Positions 1 through 9,695 of a DNA stretch of 64,000 bases are shown piece by piece. Each line of letters opens with the position of its first letter. Position 1 is the first letter of the stretch. The notes under the pieces were generated by a model. That model worked only from the letters and a program-made list of their open reading frames with translations, ran no database searches and had not been told where the DNA came from. Position numbers and translations under genes: made by a program. Origin of the DNA: Gemmatimonadota bacterium (lineage in GTDB: Bacteria; Gemmatimonadota; Gemmatimonadetes; Palauibacterales; KS3-K002). The stretch covers positions 1 through 64,000 of the forward strand of contig JBDHJS010000003.1 of NCBI GenBank assembly GCA_039586795.1, given 5' to 3'.

Positions 1-30
1 GAGCCCGTGTGCGAGAAACGGAGCTCAGGG

Positions 31-1422
31 ATGGCAAAGAGCGATTATCGGATCGAGCGTGACACGTTAGGCGAGATGAAGGTGCCCGCCGAGGCCCTGT
101 ACGGGGCGCAGACTCAGCGGGCGGTGGAGAACTTCCCGATCAGTGGCCTCCGCTTCCCGCGCCGCTTCATCGCCGCGCTGGGCGCCATCAAGATGGCGGC
201 GGCGCAGGTGAACATGGAGCTGGGGGTGGTGGACGAGCGGCGGGCCAAAGCGATCGAAGAGGCCGCCAAAGAGGTGATGGAAGGCAAGTGGGACGACCAG
301 TTCGTGGTCGACATCTTCCAGACCGGGTCGGGTACGTCCACCAACATGAACGCGAACGAGGTGATCGCGAACCGGGCGTCGCAGATTCTCGGCGCCGACA
401 TCGGTTCGAAAGAAGTCCACCCGAACGACCACGTGAACCAAGGGCAGTCGAGCAACGACGTGATCCCGACCGCCTCGCACGTCGCGGCGGCGGGCGCGGT
501 CATCCAGGACACGCTGCCGCAGCTGCGCAAGCTGCAGGAAGCGCTGGAAGCGAAGGCGAAAGAGTTCGCGGACGTTGTGAAGACCGGGCGCACGCATCTG
601 ATGGACGCGACGCCGGTGATGCTGGGCCAAGAGTTCGGCGGTTACGCCAGCCAGATCGAGCATGGGATCAAGCGGATCGAGAACGCGCTGCCCCATCTGT
701 CGGAGCTGGCGATCGGCGGCACCGCAGTGGGCACGGGAATCAACGCGCACCCGAAGTTCGCGCCCAAGGTCTGCGACAAGCTGTCGAAGCAGTTCGATCA
801 CAAGTTCATCGAGGCGGCGAACCACTTCGAGGCGCAGGCGGCGCGTGACGCGCTGGTCGAGGCAAGCGGTGCGCTGCGCACGGTGGCGGTGAGCATGAGC
901 AAGATCGCCAACGACGTTCGTTGGCTGGCGTCGGGTCCGCGCACCGGGCTGAGCGAGATCTCGATCCCAGCAACGCAGCCCGGCTCATCGATCATGCCGG
1001 GCAAGGTGAACCCGGTGATGTCGGAGGCGGTCCGCCAGGTCTGCGCGCAGGTGATGGGTAACGACACGACGATCATGGTGGGCGGTCAGTTCGACAACTT
1101 CGAGCTGAACGTGATGATCCCAGTGATGACGTTCAATTTCTTGCAGTCGGCGACGATCCTCGGCAACGCCGCGGACGTGTTCGTCGACAAGTGCGTCTCC
1201 GGAATCGAGGCGAACCGGGAGGTCTGTCTGGGGTATGCAGAGCGTAGCCCGGCCCTAGCGACGGCGCTCGCTCCAACCCTCGGTTACGACAAAGCCGCAG
1301 AGCTCGCGAAGAAGGCGTTGGAGAAGAATGTCACGGTGCGCGAGCTGGTGGTGCAAGAAGGACTGATGACAGATGAAGAAGCCGCGGAGGCTCTCGACCC
1401 GGGGAAGATGACCAATACATGA
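31..1422 (+). CDS. fumC: Class II fumarate hydratase
   Basis: RIERDTLGE N-terminus, FQTGSGTSTNMNANEV, VHPNDHVN, KTGRTHLMDA and GSSIMPGKVNP signature. ATG at 31 preferred over GTG at 7. Confidence 0.93.
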   Translation: MAKSDYRIERDTLGEMKVPAEALYGAQTQRAVENFPISGLRFPRRFIAALGAIKMAAAQVNMELGVVDERRAKAIEEAAKEVMEGKWDDQFVVDIFQTGSGTSTNMNANEVIANRASQILGADIGSKEVHPNDHVNQGQSSNDVIPTASHVAAAGAVIQDTLPQLRKLQEALEAKAKEFADVVKTGRTHLMDATPVMLGQEFGGYASQIEHGIKRIENALPHLSELAIGGTAVGTGINAHPKFAPKVCDKLSKQFDHKFIEAANHFEAQAARDALVEASGALRTVAVSMSKIANDVRWLASGPRTGLSEISIPATQPGSSIMPGKVNPVMSEAVRQVCAQVMGNDTTIMVGGQFDNFELNVMIPVMTFNFLQSATILGNAADVFVDKCVSGIEANREVCLGYAERSPALATALAPTLGYDKAAELAKKALEKNVTVRELVVQEGLMTDEEAAEALDPGKMTNT

Positions 1423-1441
1423 CCGGTTGCGTGATAGCCAG

Positions 1442-1771
1442 ATGAGCGAAGACGAGAAGCGACCCAACCTGTACCGAGTGATCTTCAGGCGTAAGGAGTA
1501 CCTGGGGACCGCCGAGCAGCTGCACGCGAAGGTGGTGGCGTTCGACTTCGCCACCGCCATGAAGCGGGCGTGCGATGCGTTGGGTCTGGACCCCGCAGCG
1601 CTCGAAGGCGCCGTAGTCACGCTGATACAAGAAGATACCGAGATTAGGGACGGCAAGGTGTTCGACTTCGCGCGGCGCACCCGGGCGTTCGGCGAGCGCG
1701 GTGGCTGGACCTGGAAGCACATCTTGCCGAGGAAGGACCCGACGGGGCCGCGGAAGAACCCGCTGCTCTAG
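1442..1771 (+). CDS. Hypothetical protein (~109 aa)
   Basis: ORF between fumC and the methyltransferase on the same strand with high-GC codon usage. No recognisable motif; start uncertain (1427 or 1442). Confidence 0.7.
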   Translation: MSEDEKRPNLYRVIFRRKEYLGTAEQLHAKVVAFDFATAMKRACDALGLDPAALEGAVVTLIQEDTEIRDGKVFDFARRTRAFGERGGWTWKHILPRKDPTGPRKNPLL

Positions 1772-1794
1772 CGGCGGTCGATTTCGAGGCGAGC

Positions 1795-2397
1795 ATGTCG
1801 GAGGACGACCGCGCCCGTTGGGATGAGAGATATCGGATCGGCGACTGGGCGGACATCGACGAGCCCGCGACGATCCTGAAGAAAGCCGAGGCCTGGCTCG
1901 CTCCGCCAGGCCTCGCGCTCGATGTGGCCTGCGGCGCCGGCCGCAACGCCATCCACCTCGCCCGCCTCGGTTACATCGTCATCGCCATCGACATCTCGTG
2001 GGAAGGGCTGCAGCGGTTGGCGGAGCGCGCCCGGGCCGAGAAGCTACGCATTCACATCGTGCACGCCGATCTGGAGTGCTTCATCCTCAAGGATGAGCGC
2101 TTCGATCTAATCATCAACAACCGGTTCTTGCTTCGCTCTCTATTTCCCGCGTTCAAGCGGGCGCTGAAGCCCGGCGGCCTGTTGTTGTTCGAGACGATGA
2201 CCGTGGACGAGATCGAGTTGCTGGGTGGTGACATACGTCGTGAGTTCGCGCTCGAACGCGGCGAGCTGCGCGCAGAGTTTTCGTCATTCGAGACCCTGCT
2301 CTATGAAGAAGGCGTGTTCGAGGAGTCGGAAGGCGAACGTGGCCTGGCCAGGTTAGCCGCCCGGAAGCCACACGCCTGGATCAGCGCCGCAGGTTGA
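1795..2397 (+). CDS. Class I SAM-dependent methyltransferase (TehB-like)
   Basis: WDERY N-terminus, motif I LDVACGAGRN, AIDIS, FDLI and LKPGG. Confidence 0.85.
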   Translation: MSEDDRARWDERYRIGDWADIDEPATILKKAEAWLAPPGLALDVACGAGRNAIHLARLGYIVIAIDISWEGLQRLAERARAEKLRIHIVHADLECFILKDERFDLIINNRFLLRSLFPAFKRALKPGGLLLFETMTVDEIELLGGDIRREFALERGELRAEFSSFETLLYEEGVFEESEGERGLARLAARKPHAWISAAG

Positions 2398-3808
2398 GCA
2401 CCAACATCCGTATTTCCGTCATATCCTCAAGACTGCTTCGTAGTCCTTCCCTCCCGAGACCGCTGTCTTTGACCCCGCCGTAAGGGAAGTTGTCTACTCG
2501 GAAAGTTGGGAAGTCGTTCACAACCACGCCGCCGACCTCGAGGTTGCGGTAGGCCCGGTCGATGAGGCGGATGTCGTGGGTGAAGACGCCGGCCTGTAGC
2601 CCGTAGGGCGAGTCGTTGACGATGCTGATGGCGGCATCGAAGTCGTCGTAGGGGCGCACGGTGATGACGGGGCCGAAGATCTCTTCGCACTCGACCTTCA
2701 TGTCGGGCGTCGTGTCTGTGAGCACGGTGGGCCAGACGAGGGAGCCATCGCGTTTGTTGCCGGTGAGGGTCTTGGCGCCGCCACCCTCCGCCTGGGCGAT
2801 CCAGTCCATGACGCGGTCGACGTGGCGGGGCTCGATGAGGGGTCCGATGATTGTGTCGTCGTCCGACGGGTCGCCGACCTTGAGCGCTTCGGTCGCCGCG
2901 ACCAGCTTCTCGGAGAAGCTGTCATATATAGAGCGATGCACCAGGACGCGTTGCACGGCGATGCAGACCTGGCCGGCGTAGGCGAAGCCGCCCATGGCGC
3001 AGCGCTGGGCCGCCCAGTCGACGTCGGCATCCTGGTGGACGATGGCGCCGGCGTTGCCACCCAATTCCAAGACAACCTTCTTCTTGCCAGCGATGGACTT
3101 CAGGTGCCAACCGACGGCGGCAGATCCGGTGAAGCTGAGCAACTTGAACCGATCGTCCCGCACCATCGGCTCCGCCACATCGACGGTACTGTGCAAGACG
3201 CTGAACGCCTTGGGCGGCAGACCTGCCTCGTAGCAGATCTCGGCCAGCTTGAGGCTGGTGATGGGCGCCTGCTGGGGCGGCTTGAGGACGATGCTGCAAC
3301 CGGCGGCGATGGCGGGGGCCAGTTTATGCGCCACCAGGTTGAGGGGGAAATTGAACGGCGCGATGCCGATGATGGGGCCGATTGGGAATCGGTAGTAGAG
3401 ACTGGTGTAGCCTTCGGCCCGAGGCTCGATGTCGATGGGCACGACTTCGCCACCTAACCGCTTCGCCTCTTCCGCCGCCAGCGTGAAAGTCAGAACCGCG
3501 CGGTTCACCTCGCCGGTGGCGAACTGGATCGGTTTGCCGCACTCGGCGACCATCATCTCGGCCAGCTCGCGGTGGCGTTTGCGGATGCCGTCGGCGACAC
3601 CGTGGCAGATCTCGGCCCGGGCGCGTCGCGTCAGCCCCCGCATCTCCTGGAAGGCTTCCTGGGCGGCGACGGTCGCGGCCTCGCGCTGTTCCTCTGTGGC
3701 GAGGGGAACGTGACCGACGACGTCTCCGGTGTACGGGCTGGTCACATCGTCGATCTGGCCCGATTCCACCGCCTCGCCAGCGACGGGCAGCTTGTACGTG
3801 GTTGCCAC
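2381..3808 (-). CDS. Aldehyde dehydrogenase family protein
   Basis: PFNFP, FTGS, LELGGN (catalytic Glu), GQVCIA (catalytic Cys), EEIFGP and PYGGVKDSGLGREG. Confidence 0.93.
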   Translation of the reverse strand: MATTYKLPVAGEAVESGQIDDVTSPYTGDVVGHVPLATEEQREAATVAAQEAFQEMRGLTRRARAEICHGVADGIRKRHRELAEMMVAECGKPIQFATGEVNRAVLTFTLAAEEAKRLGGEVVPIDIEPRAEGYTSLYYRFPIGPIIGIAPFNFPLNLVAHKLAPAIAAGCSIVLKPPQQAPITSLKLAEICYEAGLPPKAFSVLHSTVDVAEPMVRDDRFKLLSFTGSAAVGWHLKSIAGKKKVVLELGGNAGAIVHQDADVDWAAQRCAMGGFAYAGQVCIAVQRVLVHRSIYDSFSEKLVAATEALKVGDPSDDDTIIGPLIEPRHVDRVMDWIAQAEGGGAKTLTGNKRDGSLVWPTVLTDTTPDMKVECEEIFGPVITVRPYDDFDAAISIVNDSPYGLQAGVFTHDIRLIDRAYRNLEVGGVVVNDFPTFRVDNFPYGGVKDSGLGREGLRSSLEDMTEIRMLVLNLRR

Positions 3809-3909
3809 GAGATCTCCTCAGGTTGAGCGCGTCATCGGTGAAAGTCTCTGGTTTCAATTACTGGACGCCGGCGTTTGTGCGCCAAGGACGACGCGAGCAA
3901 AGCGCCATC

Positions 3910-4326
3910 TTACTCGCCGGGCGCCAGGTCGGATTTGAAGATGTCCCGCGCAAGGAGCCAGCGGCCATCGGCCTGCTTCTCACGTATCTCGATGAAGCTC
4001 CCGACGTCGTCGATCGGGTCGGGGACCCCGGGGACCTCGATCGTCATGTTGTATTGGCCTCGCACAAACGCCACGTTCCCCTCGCCCACGATCTCAGCGA
4101 CGTCGATCGAGAATCTCTTGAAGGCGGGGCTGTTGGCGGCCCACTCTCGCACAGCGTCCTTCCCTATGATCGGGGGAGAGTGAGGAGGCATCACAACGGT
4201 ATCGTCGGTATAGAGCGCCAGCAGAGTGTCCCAGTCTCCCGATACCAGCGCCGGACAGAAGGAGTCATACATCCGATTGATTTCGGCGATATCAGTCGGG
4301 GATAGTCCATCGGGATCGAACGGCAT
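3910..4326 (-). CDS. NTF2-like protein (YybH/DUF4440 type)
   Basis: LYTDDTVVMPP..P.IGKDAVR pattern and C-terminal KQADGRWL. Strong RBS AGGAGG upstream. Confidence 0.8.
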   Translation of the reverse strand: MPFDPDGLSPTDIAEINRMYDSFCPALVSGDWDTLLALYTDDTVVMPPHSPPIIGKDAVREWAANSPAFKRFSIDVAEIVGEGNVAFVRGQYNMTIEVPGVPDPIDDVGSFIEIREKQADGRWLLARDIFKSDLAPGE

Positions 4327-4386
4327 GAGGTCTCCTCCTTTTTTGGCGTGTGATTGTGCGTGATCCTGGCTACGGCGATGCGTGGA

Positions 4387-4412
4387 GCGTCTGCTGCAAA
4401 CGCCTATTAGGC
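4387..4412 (-). mobile_element. Truncated attC-like half site
   Basis: Minus strand GCCTAAT-AGGCG-TTTGCAGCAGACGC overlaps the stop of 4407-4832 and resembles the 5' arm of the 4858-4971 site. No matching 3' arm is visible. Confidence 0.5.
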
Positions 4413-4832
4413 GGCGTCCGGTGGAACCTTCACACCGAGCTGACCGAGTAGACCCAGCAGGTCAGCTTCTTCCCATGCCTCCGCTATCCGACCTTCGTGT
4501 AAGCGAAACACCGCGATGATCCCGAATCTCACCGATCGACCGGTCGGCGCGAGCCCCATGAACTCTCCGGCGTGCGTTCCGCAGTCAACCGCCCGCAATA
4601 CAACGCGGTCGTCCACAGCTAAGAGATCCTCGAATTCATGCGATAGATCAGGGAAGCCAGCATAGAAGGACCTGGTCGCAGCCAGGAGGGCGTCGCGGTC
4701 CAATGCGGCCTCACCTAAGTGCCACCGGACATCCTCGGTCATCACGTCGAAGACGATCTCGAAGTTCCCTCGATCCGTTTCGGTGATGTAGCGCCGCACC
4801 ACGGCCTTGTTCTGCTCTTGAGTCGTCGCCAC
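4407..4832 (-). CDS. SnoaL-like ester cyclase (probable gene cassette)
   Basis: NKAVVRRY, FPDL, DRVV, GTHAGEFMGLAPTGR and GRIAEAW..D..GLLGQLG. Confidence 0.87.
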   Translation of the reverse strand: MATTQEQNKAVVRRYITETDRGNFEIVFDVMTEDVRWHLGEAALDRDALLAATRSFYAGFPDLSHEFEDLLAVDDRVVLRAVDCGTHAGEFMGLAPTGRSVRFGIIAVFRLHEGRIAEAWEEADLLGLLGQLGVKVPPDAA

Positions 4833-4857
4833 GGTTTGCTCCGAAGCTAGAGACGCG

Positions 4858-4971
4858 TTCTACCAGTTCATCTTTCAGCGGCGCCGTGACGGAGTCGCGG
4901 CGTCGCAGGAACAACCATACAAAAGAGCCTACTACAATGCGTAGCGCATCCGCTGCAAACGATTGTTAGGC
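4858..4971 (-). mobile_element. attC-like integron cassette recombination site
   Basis: Minus strand GCCTAAC (R'') AATCG TTTGCAGCGG...CCGCTGAAAGAT GAACT GGTAGAA (degenerate R'). The arms pair with extrahelical G; the site is 114 bp and overlaps the upstream stop codon. Confidence 0.7.
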
Positions 4972-5172
4972 GGCAACTCGATTCTTCTCCGCGGCTTCAC
5001 TCAGAGCTTTGAGGTGTCCGCTCAAGCCGGCGCCATCAGGCACGCGACGCAACAGCTTAAGGAATGCCGCAGGGTCATCGATGTTGTCGGGGAATGGCCA
5101 GCGTTTGCCTTCTTGATAGCCGATTCGCTCATACTCGCTCTGGATTTCGGTCTGCGACTTATCATCCCACAT
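4966..5172 (-). CDS. Small hypothetical protein (probable gene cassette, ~68 aa)
   Basis: ORF bounded by GTTAGAC (5191-5197) upstream and GCCTAAC at its stop. Start uncertain. Confidence 0.55.
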   Translation of the reverse strand: MWDDKSQTEIQSEYERIGYQEGKRWPFPDNIDDPAAFLKLLRRVPDGAGLSGHLKALSEAAEKNRVAA

Positions 5173-5190
5173 GGCAATCCATCGATGAGC

Positions 5191-5300
5191 GTCTAACACG
5201 TTCTTCGCGGTCCGAACTGGTGATTGGCGGGGAGACGTTAGGGCACGAACCCGTAGAGTATACCACCACTTATCGGGCGTCTGCAACGAAACAGTCTGAG
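5191..5300 (-). mobile_element. Degenerate attC-like site
   Basis: R' core GTTAGAC at 5197-5191, with a TTGCAGACGC remnant about 90 bp upstream on the minus strand. Confidence 0.4.
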
Positions 5301-5545
5301 CGACAAACACTGCGCATGACTCTGCCTGGACGAGTCGCGTGTCTGCAGGAGCGGAATACGCACGTTGGGGTCCACGGGATCACCCGCCCTCGAGGTGAAA
5401 CGTTATCATTGACCACGGGAACCGACGTGCCCTAGCTTAGAGGTACCGTACGCGAGACACTGGGAGACAATCCGGGGGCGCTGCGGGCAGCGCTCCCTGA
5501 CAGATAGCCCCAAGCACCAACCTCACTCGGATACAGAGGTGTCGT

Positions 5546-6913
5546 ATGCGTACGGTTCCGGCCTTGCTGATTACCGCGCTGTGTGTCGCACTTCCACGTT
5601 CCGCACTCCCACAAGAGCCGCCTAGGGTCGATTGCGAGAAGGACCTGAAGAAGACGCGCGATCTGGTGGAAGACACGTGGTCGTTCGCGATCTTCAGGTC
5701 GAACTCGGTCGACCTGGAGCGGGAGTTCAAGCGACTGGAGAATCGGGCGAAGAACACCGAGGACCCCGGTGAGTGCGCGGACGTCATCGCCCGCTTCCTG
5801 GCGACGCTGGGCGACGGGCAGGCGAGGCTCCGGTACTACCCCGAAGTCCGGCAGACCGCGCCCGCCATCGAGCTGCGCACGCTACGCGAACGTCTGAGCC
5901 GCACGCCCGGCGAGCAGCCGACCCCTCACGTGTATATCGTGTCGAGGGATACGACGGATGAGACGCTCCGCGAGATCCTCCCGGGTAGCGAGTTGGTGGC
6001 CGTCGATGGCGAGCCGATAGACGCGGTTCGAGACTATTGGATGCGACGGATCTCCGGAAGCACCGAACAGTGGCGGGACTTCGTCTGTGACGAGCGGCTG
6101 CTGATGGGACCGCCGCAGCAGCCGGTGGAGCTGCAACTGCGGACACCGAGTCGAAAGCTGGATACGGTCTTGGTGGCGCGGCCGGCCTACGTGAGCGCCA
6201 GCGCTCCGGATGAGCGGTCGACGGTCGCCTGGTCGAAGACGTTGGATGGTGGGTGGGGCTACCTGCGGATGGCCAGCTTCGAGTACGTCGATGCGGCGAC
6301 AACGGTGGCGCTGTTCGATGAAGCGTTGGCGCCGCTGATGGAGGCGCCGGGCCTGATCATCGATGTGCGCGAGACCCACGCCGGCACCGCCGATGCGTTC
6401 CTCACCTCGGCCGGCCGTTTCCTGGGTCAGGAGGCGGTCTTAGGCTACGTACAGGAACGGCAACCCGGCCAGAGGAGAGCCGCGGAGTTCGTGGATGAAG
6501 AGACGGGCGAGACCGTATCCCGGATCCCACTGCGCGCGCAGCCGAGAGATCCCGTCTACGCGGGACCCGTCGTCATACTCATCGACCGGGGATGCTTCAG
6601 CGCCTGCGAGGGCTTTGCCGGCGGACTGCAGAGCGCCGATCGCGCGTTGTTGATCGGGCCGGAACCGAGCGGTGGCGGCAGCGGCTGGACCGCCGGTTGG
6701 GAGCTACCCAGCGAGGCGATCGTCTCGTTCTCCTGGACGGTGATGTGGCTGCCGAGCGGCGAGATGGTCGAGGATAGCGGCGTGAAACCAGACATCGCCG
6801 TCAGGCTGCGGGGACGCGACTTCGCCTCGGGCCGGGATCGCGTGTTGAGACGCGCGATCGAGGCGCTGGAAAAGGGCGAGGCGAAATCGCTGATGATGGC
6901 GGGAGGAACCTAG
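5546..6913 (+). CDS. S41 family peptidase with PDZ domain, secreted
   Basis: Signal peptide, PDZ-like ELVAVDG, GYLRMASF, GLIIDVR, GPVVILID, FSACE (Ser motif) and GVKPDI. Confidence 0.8.
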   Translation: MRTVPALLITALCVALPRSALPQEPPRVDCEKDLKKTRDLVEDTWSFAIFRSNSVDLEREFKRLENRAKNTEDPGECADVIARFLATLGDGQARLRYYPEVRQTAPAIELRTLRERLSRTPGEQPTPHVYIVSRDTTDETLREILPGSELVAVDGEPIDAVRDYWMRRISGSTEQWRDFVCDERLLMGPPQQPVELQLRTPSRKLDTVLVARPAYVSASAPDERSTVAWSKTLDGGWGYLRMASFEYVDAATTVALFDEALAPLMEAPGLIIDVRETHAGTADAFLTSAGRFLGQEAVLGYVQERQPGQRRAAEFVDEETGETVSRIPLRAQPRDPVYAGPVVILIDRGCFSACEGFAGGLQSADRALLIGPEPSGGGSGWTAGWELPSEAIVSFSWTVMWLPSGEMVEDSGVKPDIAVRLRGRDFASGRDRVLRRAIEALEKGEAKSLMMAGGT

Positions 6914-9522
6914 AAGGCGACGTTCACGGTCGCGCCTTCGGCCGCTGGTCGCAGTCCGGTCAGCGTCCTCATCCGCTCGGTCCCCGGCTCGCCGACGTGC
7001 GCGGTGTAGCTTCCGTCGGCGAACACCTTGGGAGTGAACTCTCCGCCGACGATGCGGAGCGTGTAAACCACTTCGCCCGATCCTTCGTCGACAATCTGGA
7101 TCACCGGGTCACGCATGCCGCTGACCTCTATTCGCGGTAGATAGCCGTAGGCCTGACGGCCGTAGTTGCTCGTCTGCTCGAGCACCACAGGCCATCCCGG
7201 ATAGGGCTCATCGACACCCGGGTCGGCCCAGCGGGGCCAGTTCTCCAGGCTGATCGTGCGAATGTGACGATAGAAGCGCGCTATGCCGTACCCCGGCGCC
7301 CGATCGTGCAGGCGCGCCGGTTCCCTGCCCCAGGTATGCGGATTCGATACGGCGTAGACGGTGATCCGGTTGCCGAAGCCGTCCTCGAAGTCGCCGGTGT
7401 AGCGCGGCTTATCGGGATCGCGGTTCGCGCCGGGCTGCGGTGGAAACCAGCGGCGCGGCCAGAAGTTGGCGATGGAGGGCACGCACAAGGCGAACCCGGC
7501 GTCCCCCCAGTCATCGACTCCGTACTGCACCGTGCTGCCGAGATGCTGGTCGCCGGCGAGGTGGACGGCGAAGCCTTTGCGCATGGCGCGGAGCGCCGCG
7601 TCGCGGCCACTTTGCGGCCAGCCGTTCGAGTCCAGGTCGGCGACGAACTTCTCGCCTTCGGCATAGGCACCGGGCGGAAGAAGGGGCAGCCGCGGAATGA
7701 CGGCGCCGCTCATCGCGGAGTCGGGCAAAGTCGCGACGTTGGCGAAGATCGTCTGGGAAAGGACGACCTTCATCCAGGTCCCATCGCTCCAGTCGTTTGC
7801 CCAGGCATCAAGAAACTCGAGCTGCCGTTCGCCCAGCAGCCTGGCACCGGGCGCATCGGCGCCCGTCTTCGCATCGAAACTTTGGTTCTGCGGCCAGCCG
7901 TTCCAGATCTCCGCCTCGGGGAGGAGCGCCTTCGGCGCCGACTTGAACTTGCGGTCCTCGATCACGGCGAAGCTGACGCCGCCATAGAGGATGTCGGTGT
8001 AATAGACGTCGATGTCCTGCTCGACCGGAGTCGCGTCGTAGGGGACGGGCAAGTGGGAAGTCTGGGTGCGCTGCACCATGTTGACGAACTCCGGCGACAA
8101 CTTGTAGCCGCCGGCGTCCTGAGCCGCTGCGCCGGACAGACCGGGCGGCGTCGCCACGCCGCCGGCGCCCCAGACGTTGCCGTGGTAGACGTCGTGATCA
8201 TCCGGGATGGTCACGCTGGGAATCCCCGCCGTGAGCTCGCCGAAGGCCCAGTACCAGAGGTACCACTTGTAGAGGTAATCGCGGAACGGGCTCTGGAAGT
8301 CGGCGCGGGTCGGGCTGGCGCCTTCGTAGATCTGATCGCCGCTGAAGAAGAGGAAGTCCGGGTCGTGCGCTTTGACGTGGTCTACGATGTCGGCATGCGG
8401 GAACCAGAGGCCCGAGCTCCAATCGAAGTATCCCCGATCGACGCTGGAAGCGACGTTGTGGTTGCCGGTGAAGGTGGCAACGACAACGTCGTCCTCGTCC
8501 ACAGGGTCGCGTCGGATCACGCCATCCACCGCATACACCGTGGGATGCCAGATCCGACGTCCAAGGATGGTCTCGACGCGGAAGCGAACGTCCTCCGTCG
8601 GGTCCCAGTCGTCTATAGTGAACGTGGCGGTGTAACTCGGCGCCCGTACCGGCTCCAACGCGATCGGCGCCCACTCGCCATCGAGCTCGATGAGCAGCTC
8701 CACCTGGTGCGGGTCATCGGGCGAGACCGGCATGAGCTGAGCCGTGAGTCTGAGCGTGCCGCGGCTGAGGGTGTGCTGGGTGCCGACGATCGGACCGAGT
8801 TTGCGATCCGGGTACAGCTCGAGTTTGGCACCGGCGACCTGCCAGTCCCTGAACCAAGTAGCCTCACCGGACTCCGCCGGGTCGCAGACCAGAGCGACGC
8901 TGCCCTCGAGTTGATCATGGTCAAGATCGGGCAGCGGCAGCTCGACCTCCGTCCCATTCCCCGTCGCAGACAAAGTGAGCCCATAGCCTCCTTCAGCGGG
9001 TCGGCCCTCGATCCGGAGGACAACCGAGTCAGCTGGGCCCAACGCCGATTCGCTGAGTGCAATGAGTCCGTCCTCGACCGTGAAGTCCTCGAAGAAGAGG
9101 CGCCCTTCGGAATCGATCCCGGCGTAAAGACCGCCGAGCGGACCGTAGCTGTGATGGATGAGGGCGGCGGCGCGATAATCGAGGCCGCGCCCGGCGCCTA
9201 CGAGAAAGCCGGCGCTCCCGAGAACGGAGTCCGTGTCCTCGCTCCCCGGTAGACCCACGACGACCGAGAGCATGAACCTGCCGTCGCCCCCACCGAGGCT
9301 ACGAGTGAGCAGATGGAGCGTGCGCATCGGCAGATCGCCGACGCACTCGAGACGGTTGTCCTTCACCCGCCAATCCTGCAGCCGGTTGGCCCAGTAGTCG
9401 GGGCCTGCCCAGTCGCCGTCGGGCTGGTTCCACCAGTGGCTCGAGAACTCGGATGGAGCCGTCTGGTCTCCGCAGGATGCGAGGAGAATGACTAATGCCG
9501 CGGTGAGATAGCCTTTGCGCAT
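6910..9522 (-). CDS. PhoD-like (alkaline phosphatase D family) metallophosphatase lipoprotein
   Basis: Lipobox LLASC and metallophosphatase motifs FSGDQIYE, PDDHDVYH, LAGDQH. ATG at 9522 preferred. Confidence 0.8.
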   Translation of the reverse strand: MRKGYLTAALVILLASCGDQTAPSEFSSHWWNQPDGDWAGPDYWANRLQDWRVKDNRLECVGDLPMRTLHLLTRSLGGGDGRFMLSVVVGLPGSEDTDSVLGSAGFLVGAGRGLDYRAAALIHHSYGPLGGLYAGIDSEGRLFFEDFTVEDGLIALSESALGPADSVVLRIEGRPAEGGYGLTLSATGNGTEVELPLPDLDHDQLEGSVALVCDPAESGEATWFRDWQVAGAKLELYPDRKLGPIVGTQHTLSRGTLRLTAQLMPVSPDDPHQVELLIELDGEWAPIALEPVRAPSYTATFTIDDWDPTEDVRFRVETILGRRIWHPTVYAVDGVIRRDPVDEDDVVVATFTGNHNVASSVDRGYFDWSSGLWFPHADIVDHVKAHDPDFLFFSGDQIYEGASPTRADFQSPFRDYLYKWYLWYWAFGELTAGIPSVTIPDDHDVYHGNVWGAGGVATPPGLSGAAAQDAGGYKLSPEFVNMVQRTQTSHLPVPYDATPVEQDIDVYYTDILYGGVSFAVIEDRKFKSAPKALLPEAEIWNGWPQNQSFDAKTGADAPGARLLGERQLEFLDAWANDWSDGTWMKVVLSQTIFANVATLPDSAMSGAVIPRLPLLPPGAYAEGEKFVADLDSNGWPQSGRDAALRAMRKGFAVHLAGDQHLGSTVQYGVDDWGDAGFALCVPSIANFWPRRWFPPQPGANRDPDKPRYTGDFEDGFGNRITVYAVSNPHTWGREPARLHDRAPGYGIARFYRHIRTISLENWPRWADPGVDEPYPGWPVVLEQTSNYGRQAYGYLPRIEVSGMRDPVIQIVDEGSGEVVYTLRIVGGEFTPKVFADGSYTAHVGEPGTERMRTLTGLRPAAEGATVNVAF

Positions 9523-9590
9523 GATAGCTCGCCGGTGCGGGTTTGGAGAGAGGCTAGCCACCGATGACGGGCTACACAAGGGAATGGGAT

Positions 9591-9623
9591 TGGGAATCAT
9601 CGAATTGGATTCGACAATTCCCA
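9591..9623. repeat. REP-like palindrome, copy A
   Basis: TGGGAATCATCGAA-TTGGA-TTCGACAATTCCCA, an imperfect palindrome similar to 12127-12158. Confidence 0.6.
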
Positions 9624-9695
9624 CCAAAACCTCCCAACCCTAGAGCGAGTCCGCCTGTCCAATAATGCGTCGCGTCAATGGAGGGAGCTAAGACA

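Noticed and set aside
7264..9252. 662-aa plus-strand ORF
   Set aside because: Antisense shadow of the PhoD-like gene. It has no motifs and is typical of high-GC codon bias.
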